Assembly: GCA_963754655.1 (NCBI GenBank)
Contig: CAVWGN010000001.1
Location: 1,632,001-1,696,000 of the forward strand
Direction: 5' to 3'
DNA: 64,000 bases
From: an uncultured Chlamydiae bacterium
Lineage (GTDB): Bacteria > Chlamydiota > Chlamydiia > Chlamydiales > Parachlamydiaceae
The translations under genes were made by a program, and so were the position numbers. The stretch's first letter is position 1, and the number at the start of each line of letters is the position of its first letter. Below, one piece after another: positions 10,637 through 20,829 of the stretch. Below the pieces are notes generated by a model. It made no database searches and was not told the DNA's origin. It saw only the letters and a program-made list of their open reading frames with translations.

Positions 10637-11986
10637 TTAAATCATTTTTATTGCATTTTTTTTAACTTGTTGGCGTCTTTGTAACAAGGAATGAGTCTGT
10701 TTCATAGCCAGCTCAAGGACAGACGTTTCGGAAATTTTTACAAGGCGACCATTCTCTACGATTAGCTCTCCTTTTACAAAAACTTTATTTACATCAGAAC
10801 CCTTGGCTGCAAAAACGAGATTCCAAAGAACAGGATTTTCTTGATCTGTAATAATAGGCAAAAGATGAGGTTTCCAGAAATCAATAAGGACTAAATCAGC
10901 TTGTTTTCCAACTTCAATAGAACCAATTTCATGATCAAGACCTAATACGCGAGCTCCTTCTATTGTGGCCATACGAAGCATTTTTTTAGCAGGAAAAACA
11001 CTAGCATCTAACTGAGCATTTTTTTGCATAAGTGATGCAAACTTCATTTCTTCAAAAAGATCTAAATTGTTATTTGAAATGGGACCATCGGTGCCTAACC
11101 CTACTCGGATTCCCTTTTTTTGCATTAGAGAGATAGGAGCTGTACCACACGCGAGCTTGGCATTGCTGATTGGACAATGAGCCACTGCAGTCTCTGTATC
11201 TGCTAAAAGCTGAATCTCTTGATCGTTAAGCCAAACACAATGAGCAATGACCGTTTGAGGCCCTAAAATGCCTCGCTCATAGAAAAGTTCAATCGGACGC
11301 TTGCCAAAATGTTGGATAACTGCAGCAACTTCTTCCTTTTGTTCGCTACTATGAGTATGAATTCCTAGATGATGCGCTTTTGCAAAATCGGCTGCCCACT
11401 TGTATGTCTCCGGCGTACAATAGAATAAATGTTCCATTCCGAGCCACACTCGAATTCTTCCATCAGAGCTTTGATGATGCGAAAGCACTAATTTTTCATT
11501 GCTTTGTATCGATTCAAAGAAATGTTTTCCAGGTGTTGTAGCTACATAAGGCACTAAATTAACTCGAATACCGACATCATTGGCAGCTTCTGCGCATCGA
11601 TGCATAAATCGGTACATATCCATCACACACGTTGTTCCACTTTTGACTGCTTCTGTGTAACAAAGAAGTGCCGCAGCATAGGCATCTTCTTCTATTAATA
11701 CCTGATGCTCTAGTTGGTACTCTGGAAGCCAGTCCATCAATTGTCTGTTTTCAGTAAATCCACGAAGAAGACTGGAGTGGCTATGTACATCGATGAGGCC
11801 AGGGATTAGAGCCATACATCCCTTCGCATCAATCACTGGCATGTCGTTAGAAGAAAGCTGAAGGTCTTCCGATGGCCCCACATATGTAATAATTCCTTTG
11901 TGGATGACTACAGCTCCATTGGAAATCACTTGATCCTCTGAATTGACTGTAAAAGTAATTGCATTTTTAATTATATAGTTATTCAT
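10637..11986 (-). CDS. Metal-dependent amidohydrolase (MtaD/SsnA-like deaminase)
   Basis: PGLIDVHSH, HTHSSE, AHCVW, GTDG, GSIEVGKQAD motifs. Confidence 0.88.
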   Translation of the reverse strand: MNNYIIKNAITFTVNSEDQVISNGAVVIHKGIITYVGPSEDLQLSSNDMPVIDAKGCMALIPGLIDVHSHSSLLRGFTENRQLMDWLPEYQLEHQVLIEEDAYAAALLCYTEAVKSGTTCVMDMYRFMHRCAEAANDVGIRVNLVPYVATTPGKHFFESIQSNEKLVLSHHQSSDGRIRVWLGMEHLFYCTPETYKWAADFAKAHHLGIHTHSSEQKEEVAAVIQHFGKRPIELFYERGILGPQTVIAHCVWLNDQEIQLLADTETAVAHCPISNAKLACGTAPISLMQKKGIRVGLGTDGPISNNNLDLFEEMKFASLMQKNAQLDASVFPAKKMLRMATIEGARVLGLDHEIGSIEVGKQADLVLIDFWKPHLLPIITDQENPVLWNLVFAAKGSDVNKVFVKGELIVENGRLVKISETSVLELAMKQTHSLLQRRQQVKKNAIKMI

Positions 11987-12435
11987 AATCCTGTATTTAT
12001 AAAAATAATATTAATATTTCAATTCTATTTTACTAAATTTAGATGAGTTTATTCCTATTCGGGCGAGGTTCTAAGTCTTTTTTGTGCGAAAGAAAACTTA
12101 TCTTGGAAAAATCGTTCTGGCTTTAACCGTTATTTAAAATTATCGCTTTAATCTTTCTCAAAACTTGTTGTCTTTATAAGCATATCAAGAATATAGCTTC
12201 AAGAACTATTTTAAATAATTTTAATAGCCTCAAAATGATTTTATTCATCTTTGCATTTGCAATAAATATATTGTTTTGCTTATAAAATTTTATTTTATTT
12301 TATGTAGGAGTTACGCAGTTGAGAAATAATTTTCATAAATTGGATAGAGGTAAGGCATAAAATATTCACGATCGTGAGCTAACCAGATTTTATAATGAGT
12401 ATTACAGAGGTCATACTTTCTATCTCCTATTAACA

Positions 12436-12670
12436 TTGATTTTAGAGCGAACCAAGGCTGGGCTTGCTTCGGCAAGAGCTCGTGGACGGAAAGGAGGTAC
12501 TCCCTTCAAAATGACAGCTGCTAAGTTAAGGCTCGCTATGACAGCTATGGGAAACCTGAAACGAACGTTAGAGAATTATGTCTGAATTAGGGGTTACAAG
12601 ACAAAGCTTTATCGACATATTGGACCAGATGGTTCTCTTAGAAAAGCTGGAAAAAATATTAACGAATGTT
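12436..12670 (+). pseudogene. C-terminal remnant of a Pin/Hin-type serine resolvase
   Basis: Manual translation across frameshifts: ERTKAGLASARARGRKGGTPFKMTAAKLRLAMTAMG / PETNVRELC / ELGVTRQ / YRHIGPDGSLRK; no N-terminal catalytic part seen. Confidence 0.8.
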
Positions 12671-12688
12671 TAAAAACTTGGAGCAACT

Positions 12689-13363
12689 TTGTTTAAAATA
12701 TATACCCTTATAATTTTTAGTTTTATCGCAAACATCTCAGCAATAAGCAATGCAGCAGAATCTAAAACTTGGGAAAATTATTATCAAAACACATTAAACA
12801 TCAGTGATCCCCACAAAACTTTATTATTGGCACAAAAATACTTCCAACTAGAAAATAAAATAGGAGGTGTGGCTGCGGATCTTGGTGCTGGTACAGGAAG
12901 AGATACTTTATTTTTATTGCAACAAGGATGGGATGTATTAGCTTTAGACGCAGAACAACTCTCAATAGATATCATCTTAAATCGAGTAGATGTTTCATAT
13001 CTCAATAGCCTTGAAGTGATGGTAATACCATTTTCTGAAATGATCCTTCCAGCTGAGCTAGATCTTATCAATGCTAGCTATAGCCTACCTTTTTGCAAGC
13101 CTCAAGACTTCTCTCAATGCTGGAGAAAAATTATTGATCATCTGGCTATAGGAGGACGATTTTCTGGTCAATTTTTTGGGGAAAAAGATGAATGGGCAAC
13201 TAATCCTGACCTAACAATTCATTCGTACGAAAAAATGCTACAGCTATTTGAAGATCAATTTGTTATTGAATATTTACAAATTGAGGATGGTTTTATTCCA
13301 TGCGCTAATGGCAAAATGAAGCATTGGCATGTCTACCATCTAGTGGCCAAGAAAATAAGATAG
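12689..13363 (+). CDS. Class I SAM-dependent methyltransferase (TehB-like) with signal-peptide-like N-terminus
   Basis: ADLGAGTGRD motif I, VLALD, LAIGGRF. Confidence 0.8.
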   Translation: MFKIYTLIIFSFIANISAISNAAESKTWENYYQNTLNISDPHKTLLLAQKYFQLENKIGGVAADLGAGTGRDTLFLLQQGWDVLALDAEQLSIDIILNRVDVSYLNSLEVMVIPFSEMILPAELDLINASYSLPFCKPQDFSQCWRKIIDHLAIGGRFSGQFFGEKDEWATNPDLTIHSYEKMLQLFEDQFVIEYLQIEDGFIPCANGKMKHWHVYHLVAKKIR

Positions 13364-13652
13364 AAAAACTTCATATTGATTCTCGAAATTTGGCTAAAAA
13401 AAGTCTATGTGTGTTCTTTATACGAAGAAGCCATGTAATGCTTAAATGTAGCCGAAGATTTTTTAGTATTTCTAGAAGTAGGGGTATCGATAAGAAGTTG
13501 TCGCTCTTTACCTTATAAGAGTTATAGTTTGAGCGGTTGGATAGCGCTAGTTAAGATTGTTCTTCAATGCACCAAATTTGCACCGCAAGTGATAAAATTA
13601 TGTTTGATTTTATATTGATATATGATATAATGAAATAAAAAGAGTATACTCT

Positions 13653-13946
13653 GTGATTCAATCATTTGCCGACAATGCTACTGCGGATATTTTCAACGGA
13701 TTAAATTCTAAGCAGGCGAGAAAAAAATTAGATCCCTCTTTATACTCTATCGCTTGCAGAAAATTGGATATGTTGGATGCAGCAATTGATTTGAATGATC
13801 TTAAAATACCACCAGCGAATAGGTTAGAGGCATTAAAAGGCAATCTTAAAGGTAAATTCAGCATTCGCCTCAATGATCAATATCGAATTGTATTTATTTG
13901 GGGCGTCCAAGGACCAGAACAAGTAGAAATTATAGATTATCATTAG
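13653..13946 (+). CDS. higB: HigB (RelE/ParE-family) toxin
   Basis: MIQSF, DL.IPPANRLEALKG...GKFSIRLNDQYRIVF, EIIDYH. Confidence 0.9.
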   Translation: MIQSFADNATADIFNGLNSKQARKKLDPSLYSIACRKLDMLDAAIDLNDLKIPPANRLEALKGNLKGKFSIRLNDQYRIVFIWGVQGPEQVEIIDYH

Positions 13947-13966
13947 AAATCAAGAGGAATATTATA

Positions 13967-14275
13967 ATGCTCCCCAAAAATAGGCCACCAACGCATCCAG
14001 GTGAAATTTTGTTAGAAGAGTTTCTCAAACCTCTTCAGCTTTCGCAAGAACAATTTGCTAAGCATCTCGACGGATCTTGGACACAGCCTAAGATCAGCGA
14101 AATTATCAATAAGAAACGTAGGGTAACGGAAGCTATTGCTTTAGATTTTGCTGATGCATTGGGTACCTCACCTGAATTTTGGCTTAATCTTCAAAATCGA
14201 TATGACCTTTGGTTTGCACGTCAAAATCATGAGCGAATACCAATATTACCAGAGCTAAAGGTTATGGGAATATAA
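13967..14275 (+). CDS. higA: HigA HTH antitoxin
   Basis: PPTHPGEILLEEFL, GTSPEFWLNLQ; directly downstream of higB. Confidence 0.9.
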   Translation: MLPKNRPPTHPGEILLEEFLKPLQLSQEQFAKHLDGSWTQPKISEIINKKRRVTEAIALDFADALGTSPEFWLNLQNRYDLWFARQNHERIPILPELKVMGI

Positions 14276-14421
14276 GAAGAAAACATATCCTAACCAATAC
14301 CGGATATATCTAAATGATGACTTTCGAACTTACCACATGCGCCGTAAAACCCAGTCCTAAAGGACGGGGATATAAGGCGAGGCGCAAAATTTCCAAAATG
14401 CGCTTTAGCATTTTGGAAATT

Positions 14422-14853
14422 TTAATCTATTGGCGTTTTTTGATTTTCGATATATTGTTTAATGATTAAAATTGGCGCTCCGCCACAAGAGGCTGCAAAG
14501 TAACTGGGAGACCATAGCATGCCCTTCCAGTATTTTGAAGCTATTTCCGGGTGATTTTTTCTAAGAAGTCGCGAGGAGACTGATTTTAAAGTGTTGACAA
14601 GTTTAGAAATGGCGATTTTTGGCGGATAATTAATGAGCAAATTCACATGGTCGACTTCTCCGTCAAATTCTATCAGTTCAGCTTCAAACCGCGCACATAT
14701 AGAATGAAAAATGTCTTTTAGTGCAACTATGGTTTTTTGTGTGAAGACGCTTTTGCGATATTTTGTCACAAAGACTAAATGAACATGAATAGCAAAAGTG
14801 CAATGTCTGCCGTCTCTTAAATCTGTTGACTTTTCATAGACCAAAATTATCAT
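14422..14853 (-). CDS. tnpA: IS200-type Y1 (HUH) transposase, probably defective
   Basis: HVHLVFVTKYRK, LWSPSYF, IKQYIENQ; the HUH motif reads DHVN rather than DHVH. Confidence 0.85.
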   Translation of the reverse strand: MIILVYEKSTDLRDGRHCTFAIHVHLVFVTKYRKSVFTQKTIVALKDIFHSICARFEAELIEFDGEVDHVNLLINYPPKIAISKLVNTLKSVSSRLLRKNHPEIASKYWKGMLWSPSYFAASCGGAPILIIKQYIENQKTPID

Positions 14854-14859
14854 ACATCC

Positions 14860-15471
14860 ATGATGATTCGCAAAGCTTATAAATATCGTTTAAAAGAGCG
14901 CGCAGAAGTTTTGCTATTTCTTTCGCAAACAGCCAGCTCTTGCCGGCTGGTATGGAACAAAGCTTTGGCTTTGCAAAAGAGGCGCTTAGATAGCGACTTA
15001 AAAGTCTTAACATATGCAGAAGTTTGCAAAGAACTGAAATCTTGGAAACAAGAAGCTGATTTTTCTTTTCTTAAAAACGTGCCATCTCAAAGTCTTTAGC
15101 AGACCCTCAAAGGTCTCGATCGAGCGATTCGGGAAGCTTTATTAAAGAAAAAAGGCTTTCCACGCTTTAAGAAAAAATTTAAACGCGATTCTTTCCGCTA
15201 TCCACAAGGGTGCAAAATAGAAGGCGGCCGAATGTGTCTTCCAAAAATTGGCTGGGTTTCTTTTTTTCATAGCGCTCATCCAAAAGGCAAGATCAAAAAT
15301 GTCGCGATCTGTAAAAAAGGAAAGCAGTGGGATGCATCTGTTCAAACAGAATACGAAGTAGAAGAGCCGAAGCATCCTTCTTCATCAGAGGTGGGAGTTG
15401 ATTTGGGTATTTGCCGGTTTGCTACTTTAAGCAGCGGCCTTTTTTATGAACCATTAAATAGCTTTAAGAGG
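14860..15471 (+). pseudogene. tnpB: tnpB pseudogene (IS605)
   Basis: RKAYKYRL..., in-frame TAG at 15097, continues in frame to GVDLG (RuvC-I), then cut at CTAG 15472. Confidence 0.85.
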
Positions 15472-15472
15472 C

Positions 15473-15543
15473 TAGTACTCAACCACATTAGTCTTAGCTA
15501 TTGGGACTGCTTGAAAGCGCCCGGAGTTGAAGCAGTGGACTAA
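15473..15543 (+). repeat. Solo terminus of the TAGTACTCAACCACATTAGT palindromic-element family
   Basis: Same 20-mer as at 340 and 32791; continuation resembles both elements A and B. Confidence 0.8.
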
Positions 15544-15615
15544 AATTATTAAAAAAATTGAAAACAGCAATATTGAATCTCCATTAATGAAAAAGAAGGA
15601 GTCAATTTTGTAGAT

Positions 15616-15939
15616 TATTTTATTATCAGACGTTAAAAGAAAAAGAGCCTTATTTCTTCATAAGAAGTTGCAGCAGAGAATCACAAATTTAATTTGCACA
15701 TGGACGTTTAATGATAATTTCTTAGCATCAAACTAGAACAGTTTGAGAATGAAGATATTTTTCTAAAGCTTATGATGACTCTTTTTATTATCAGACGTTT
15801 ATAGAAAGTTGTTGCTTATTTATTATCAGACGTTAAAAGAAGAAGAGTCCTATTTCTTCATAACAAGTTGCAGCAGGGAAATCATAAATTTAATTGCACA
15901 TGGGCGTTAATGATAATTTCTTAGTATCAAAGTGGAACA
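15616..15939 (+). repeat. Imperfect ~125-bp direct repeat pair carrying the TTATTATCAGACGTT motif
   Basis: 15616-15740 approximately equals 15816-15939, 200 bp apart. Confidence 0.8.
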
Positions 15940-16243
15940 AAAGTGAATACAAAACTAAATCAAGCTAAATATGATGGCGAAATGGAAGGGTTTTATAGAT
16001 TGGGTCGGGAAGCCCATATAAGATAAATTGGATTTGGAAGAAAAGAGGGGAGGGGAGGGGAGCAGTACTATTTAAGGAAAAGGGGACAATAGTTTTACTT
16101 ATATTGATGTCAGCTAGGTCTCTTCTTGCTCATATTTATGTTTAATGGATTTCAGAAGGAAAGGACTTCTAAAAATGCGTGGCCTACGAGGCGGTCGTTG
16201 CATTCAGCGAAAATTGATGTCATTGGAAGATTCAATAGTGTTT

Positions 16244-16427
16244 TTACCACATGCGCCGTAAAGCCCCGTCCTTCGAGGCTGACAGAAAATTGATAATTTC
16301 TGACGTATATAATTTATTTTAAATGGTCTTGAGTATGTTATGAGGGGTTTCAAAAAATTATTTAAGGTCAGAAATTATCAATTTTCTGTCAGCCTCGAAG
16401 GACGGGGCTTTACGGCGCATGTGGTAA
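16244..16427. repeat. Palindromic element made of two inverted IS605-like left ends
   Basis: Perfect 61-bp inverted arms 16244-16304 and 16367-16427; arm start TTACCACATGCGCCGTAAA matches 14330 onward. Confidence 0.88.
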
Positions 16428-16537
16428 GCGGGCAGCTCAATACATACAGGACGAGGTGATTGAGCATATGGGTAATGGGGCTGCGAACTGTTGACAAATT
16501 TATAGACATATATGTTCGAATTTGATATTTCATTAGC

Positions 16538-17103
16538 ATGAAACTAAGTAAATGGGCAAAAAAACAAGGCATAAGCTATAGGACTGCTTGGCGCTGGTCA
16601 AAGCAGGACAACTCCCTGTTCCTGCCGAGCAAACAAAAACAGGAACAATTCTAATCAAAGAGGAAATGCTTGAGCCAAATGCTGTTGCTATCTATGCACG
16701 TGTGTCCTCAGCCGATCAAAAAAATGATCTTAACGGGCAAGTAAGCCGGCTAGTCACTTTTGCCAATCAAAAAGGCTATCTTGTGGCTCACACAGTAACA
16801 GAAATAGGCTCTGGCCTCAATGGCCATCGTCCTAAATTAATAAAATTATTGAACAATCCAAAGATCCGGATTATTTTAGTCGAACATCGAGATCGATTGA
16901 TGAGATTTGGTGCTGAATATGTGGAGTCAGCATTAGCTGCACAAGGAAGAAAATTAATAGTTGCAGATGGTTCTGAGTTACAGGATGATTTAGTTCAAGA
17001 TATGATAGAAGTGTTAACTTCTTTTTGTACTAGACTATACGGACGAAGATCGGCAAAGAACAAAGCTAAAAAAGCATTGGAAACCATGCAAAATGCTAAT
17101 TAA
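16538..17103 (+). pseudogene. tnpA: IS607 tnpA, frameshifted
   Basis: 1-bp deletion near 16598 (TGGTCAAA vs TGGTTCAAA in copy 1). Confidence 0.88.
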
Positions 17104-18299
17104 AAGAGCTTACCGATATGAATTAAAGCCGAATATCGCTCAGCGCAACCTCTTAGCCAAGCATGCAGGATCTGCTCGGTTTGCTTATAACTGGGGGCTT
17201 GCTGCAAGAATTGAAAAATATGAAAAAGATGGAATATCTACTAACGCTATTGAACAGCACCGATTACTCAATAGTTTGAAGGGGTCACAATTTTCTTGGA
17301 TATATGAGGTGTCAAAATGTGCGCCCCAAGAGGCTTTGAGATCTTGATCGAGCTTTTCAGAATTTTTTCCACCGCCAGAAGAGTGGTAAGAAAGGAGGAT
17401 TCCCAAAATTTAAGAGAAAGGGGATCAACGATCATTTCCGATTAACGGGAACCATTAAAGTTAATAAGCAATCCATTCAATTACCTCGTTTGGGTATCAT
17501 TCGACTTAAAGAGTGTGCAGAAGTACGAGGAAGAATTCTTTCAGCTACAGTTTCTCGTCAAGCAGATCGGTGGTATGTTAGTGTAACGGTAGAGTGTGAA
17601 ATAGAAAATTCCCAGCCAGTTGAAGGACCAGCGATTGGCATTGATGTCGGGCTAACCTCTTTTGTTACAACTTCAGAAGGTGAAAAAACTATTTCACCAA
17701 AGCCTTTAAATAAATCGCTTAAAAAGATAAGAGTGTTAAATAAAAAACAAAGTCGCAAACAAAAGGGTTCTAGTAATTATAAGAAATCATCTCTTTTGTT
17801 AGCCAGACAGCATCGAAAAATCGGCAATCAACGCACTGATTTCCATCATAAATTATCAACAAGATTGGCGAAAACCAAGTCAATTATTGTTGTTGAAGAT
17901 TTGGATGTACAAACTTTGCAGCAAAAGAATAGGTTGAGTAGAGGGATTGCCGATGCAGGATGGAGCGGATTTATACGCATGCTTGCTTATAAGACAGAAT
18001 GGTATGGCTCGAAGCTAATAAGAGCGCCAAGGTATTATTCTTCTTCAAAAATCTGTTCTCATTGTCAGCATAAAGCCATCCAAATGCCGCTGAACATCAG
18101 GGAATGGGTCTGTCAACGTTGCAGTACACAACACGATAGAGACATTAATGCAGCCAAAAATTTATTAAAATTGAGTACCGTGAGTTCCACGGGAATTTAC
18201 GCTTGTGGAGATTCCTCTTGTGGGATAGGCCAAAAGTCTATTAGCAATGTATCGATGAAGCAAGAAGTAATGAATGGTATATTTGTCCATAAGTTATAG
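17093..18299 (+). pseudogene. tnpB: IS607 tnpB, frameshifted
   Basis: 2-bp deletion near 17340 (TTGAGATC vs TTGAGAGATC in copy 1). Confidence 0.88.
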
Positions 18300-18782
18300 A
18301 ACGGTGTACGTTGGAAGATTTGAAGAAATGCTTCCTGGTGAACTGTTGCCTGCATTAATTCCTGAGGCTAAAGTTATTATTCTGGTTTCATCTCTCAGAG
18401 CGGGCTTGAAGGAGATTAAGGTCCGGGCTGGACTTAAGTTTCCTATTGGAGTATCTCTCAACATGCTCGGGCTTCTGGGGTATGGAGGGCGGTGGAATGC
18501 AGGAAGCACAAAAAGATGTGGTGGTACTCCTGAAGGGGATGTTGATGCTTTTATTGCTCACTTAATTAAGATAGTGGCCTATAGGCTAATTTTACATTTT
18601 GGCGCGATGGGCAAAATTAGCCAATTTTTAATTTCAAATCATGAAAATATTTTTAATTTGAATTAATTAATTCACACCTGAATTTTTTTTATTATAATTT
18701 AAAGATTTATATATGGAAAATGATTAATTTGTTATAGTATTATTCAACAATATCAGAAAAAATTATAAAAAAGAGTTTTATT

Positions 18783-20627
18783 ATGCATCCCAATTTTGCT
18801 ATTAATTTGCCATCATTTAATTTCAATACTGCTGAAGGTTCTCAATTTTCTGAGCCTCCTACAAAAAGACAAAAAACACATCATGATGAATCAGAAAAAT
18901 CTTATCAAGAATTGATTCCTGAGATATTAGCAAGTAATAAACTTCTATTAGAAGAATTACAAACCATTCGGCAGCAACAAACGAAAATGGAAGAGCGATT
19001 TGTTCAATTGGAATCCTCACAAAAGGAGATGCTTGATAAAATCTTCCAAATACAAACAAAAATTTTTAATTCCTCTCCCTCTTCTCTTCAACACCCCTTA
19101 GCTCTTTCTAACGGAATGCAAGATCTCATAGCTATCAGCCGTTATGCCGACACTTTACGCCAGCAAGGAAAACTCGAAGAAGCTGTGGCTGAATTTAAAA
19201 AAGCTTTAGCTTTACCTCAAGGACAGCAAGATCTTTTTACTGTCAGCCGTTATGCCGCAACTTTACTCTTGCAAGGAAAACTCGAAGAAGCTGTGGCTGA
19301 ATTTAAAAAAGCTTTAGCTTTACCTCAAGGACAGCAAAATCTTTTTACTGTCAGCCGTTATGCCGCAACTTTAGGCGGGCAAGGAAAACTAGAAGAAGCT
19401 GCCGCTGAATTTAAAAAAGCCTTAGCTCTACCTAAAGGACAGCAAGACCTTTTTACTGTCAGCCGTTATGCCGAAATTTTACGCTTGCAAGGAAAACTAG
19501 AAGAAGCTGCCGCTGAATTTAAAAAAGCCTTAGCTCTACCTCAAGGACAGCAAGACCTTTTTACTGTCAGGTTTTATGCCGAAACTTTACGCTTGCAAGG
19601 AAAACTCGAAGAAGCTGCCGCTGAATTTAAAAAAGCCTTAGCTCTACCTCAAGGACAGCAAGATTTTTATACTGTCAGCCGTTATGCCGAAATTTTACGC
19701 TTGCAAGAAAAACTCGAAGAAGCTGCCGCTGAATTTAAAAAAGCCTTAGCTCTACCTCAAGGACAGCAAAATCTTTTTACTGTCAGCGGTTATGCCCAAA
19801 CTTTACTCTTGCAAGGAAAACTCGAAGAAGCTGCCGCTGAATTTAAAAAAGCCTTAGCTCTACCTAAAGGACAGCAAGATTTTTATACTGTCAGCCGTTA
19901 TGCCGCAACTTTAGCCCGGCAAAGAAAACTCGAAGAAGCTGCCGCTGAATTTAAAAAAGCCTTAGCTCTACCTCAAGGACAGCAAGATCTTTATACTATC
20001 AGCCGTTATGCCACAACTTTATTCTTGCAAGGAAAACTCGAAGAAGCTGCCGCTGAATTTAAAAAAGTTTTAGCTCTACCTCAAGGACAGCAAAATCTTT
20101 TTACTGTCAGCCGTTATGCCGCAACTTTACGCGAGCAAGGAAAACTCGAAGAAGCTGCCGCTGAATTTAAAAAAGCCTTAGCTCTACCTCAAGGACAGCA
20201 AAATCTTTTTACTGTCAGCGGTTATGCCGCAACTTTACGCTTGCAAGGAAAACTCGAAGAAGCTGCCGCTGAATTTAAAAAAGCCTTAGCTCTACCTAAA
20301 GGACAGCAAGACCTTTTTACTGTCAGCCGTTATGCCGAAACTTTACGCGAGCAAGGAAAAATCGAAGAAGCTGCCGCTGAATTTAAAAAAGCTTTAGCTC
20401 TACCTCAAGGACAGCAAAATCTTTTTACTGTCAGCCGTTATGCCCAAACTTTACGCTTGCAAGGAAAACTCGAAGAAGCTGCCGCTGAATTTAAAAAAGC
20501 CTTAGCTCTACCTAAAGGACAGCAAGATCTTTTTACTGTCAGCGGTTATGCCGAAACTTTACGCGAGCAAGGAAAACTCGAAGAAGCTGCACCACTTAAT
20601 TTAATGGCACTTAATTTACAAAATTAG
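18783..20627 (+). CDS. 36-aa TPR/PPR-like tandem repeat protein, paralogue 1 (13.5 repeats), NLS-like motif
   Basis: 108-bp repeats from 19122; consensus DLFTVSRYAxTLxxQGKLEEAAAEFKKALALPQGQQ; N-terminal EPPTKRQKT and coiled coil. Confidence 0.9.
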   Translation: MHPNFAINLPSFNFNTAEGSQFSEPPTKRQKTHHDESEKSYQELIPEILASNKLLLEELQTIRQQQTKMEERFVQLESSQKEMLDKIFQIQTKIFNSSPSSLQHPLALSNGMQDLIAISRYADTLRQQGKLEEAVAEFKKALALPQGQQDLFTVSRYAATLLLQGKLEEAVAEFKKALALPQGQQNLFTVSRYAATLGGQGKLEEAAAEFKKALALPKGQQDLFTVSRYAEILRLQGKLEEAAAEFKKALALPQGQQDLFTVRFYAETLRLQGKLEEAAAEFKKALALPQGQQDFYTVSRYAEILRLQEKLEEAAAEFKKALALPQGQQNLFTVSGYAQTLLLQGKLEEAAAEFKKALALPKGQQDFYTVSRYAATLARQRKLEEAAAEFKKALALPQGQQDLYTISRYATTLFLQGKLEEAAAEFKKVLALPQGQQNLFTVSRYAATLREQGKLEEAAAEFKKALALPQGQQNLFTVSGYAATLRLQGKLEEAAAEFKKALALPKGQQDLFTVSRYAETLREQGKIEEAAAEFKKALALPQGQQNLFTVSRYAQTLRLQGKLEEAAAEFKKALALPKGQQDLFTVSGYAETLREQGKLEEAAPLNLMALNLQN

Positions 20628-20656
20628 AATTCGCTAGACTCAATTAGTCGAATTTT

Positions 20657-20690
20657 AAAAAAGCCTCTAATGCTTAATTAGAGGCTTTTT
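20657..20690 (+). terminator. Rho-independent terminator
   Basis: AAAAAGCCTCTAAT-loop-ATTAGAGGCTTTTT. Confidence 0.8.
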
Positions 20691-20829
20691 ATTTTCACGA
20701 ATTTCTTTAGAAATTAATCATCATTATCATTTCCTTTTACAAGTTGTTTTCTTTATAAATCAATGATTATAATAATGATAATTTTTTGCTAATAATTCAG
20801 GGTATTTTTAATAAAATATTTGACAATTG

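Larger units (their letters stand above)
14334..15471. mobile_element. Decayed IS200/IS605-family element (left end, tnpA, truncated tnpB)
   Basis: TTAC at 14330-14333 followed by subterminal hairpin (GCCGTAAAACCCAGTCCTAAAGGACGGGGATATAAGGCG); divergent tnpA/tnpB; right half missing. Confidence 0.85.
16478..18304 (+). mobile_element. IS607-family element, copy 2 (inactivated)
   Basis: Inverted near-identical copy of 4877-6706, 3 bp shorter. Confidence 0.93.

Noticed and set aside
15740..15757. 18-bp identity (AGTTTGAGAATGAAGATA) with 21295-21312, suggestive of a spacer-target pair
   Set aside because: Single short AT-rich match with no array or guide context; may be chance or a duplication relic
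15620..15840. Integron attC or dif interpretation of the TTATCAGACGTTAAAA motif
   Set aside because: No RYYYAAC/GTTRRRY inverted pairing, no XerC/XerD dyad and no integrase in window
18274..18666. 130-aa ORF downstream of IS607 copy 2
   Set aside because: Starts inside the IS; the flank may be a gene relic but no family could be recognised
19122..20590. Diversity-generating retroelement as the source of repeat variation
   Set aside because: No reverse transcriptase or template repeat in window, and many adenines in the repeats are invariant
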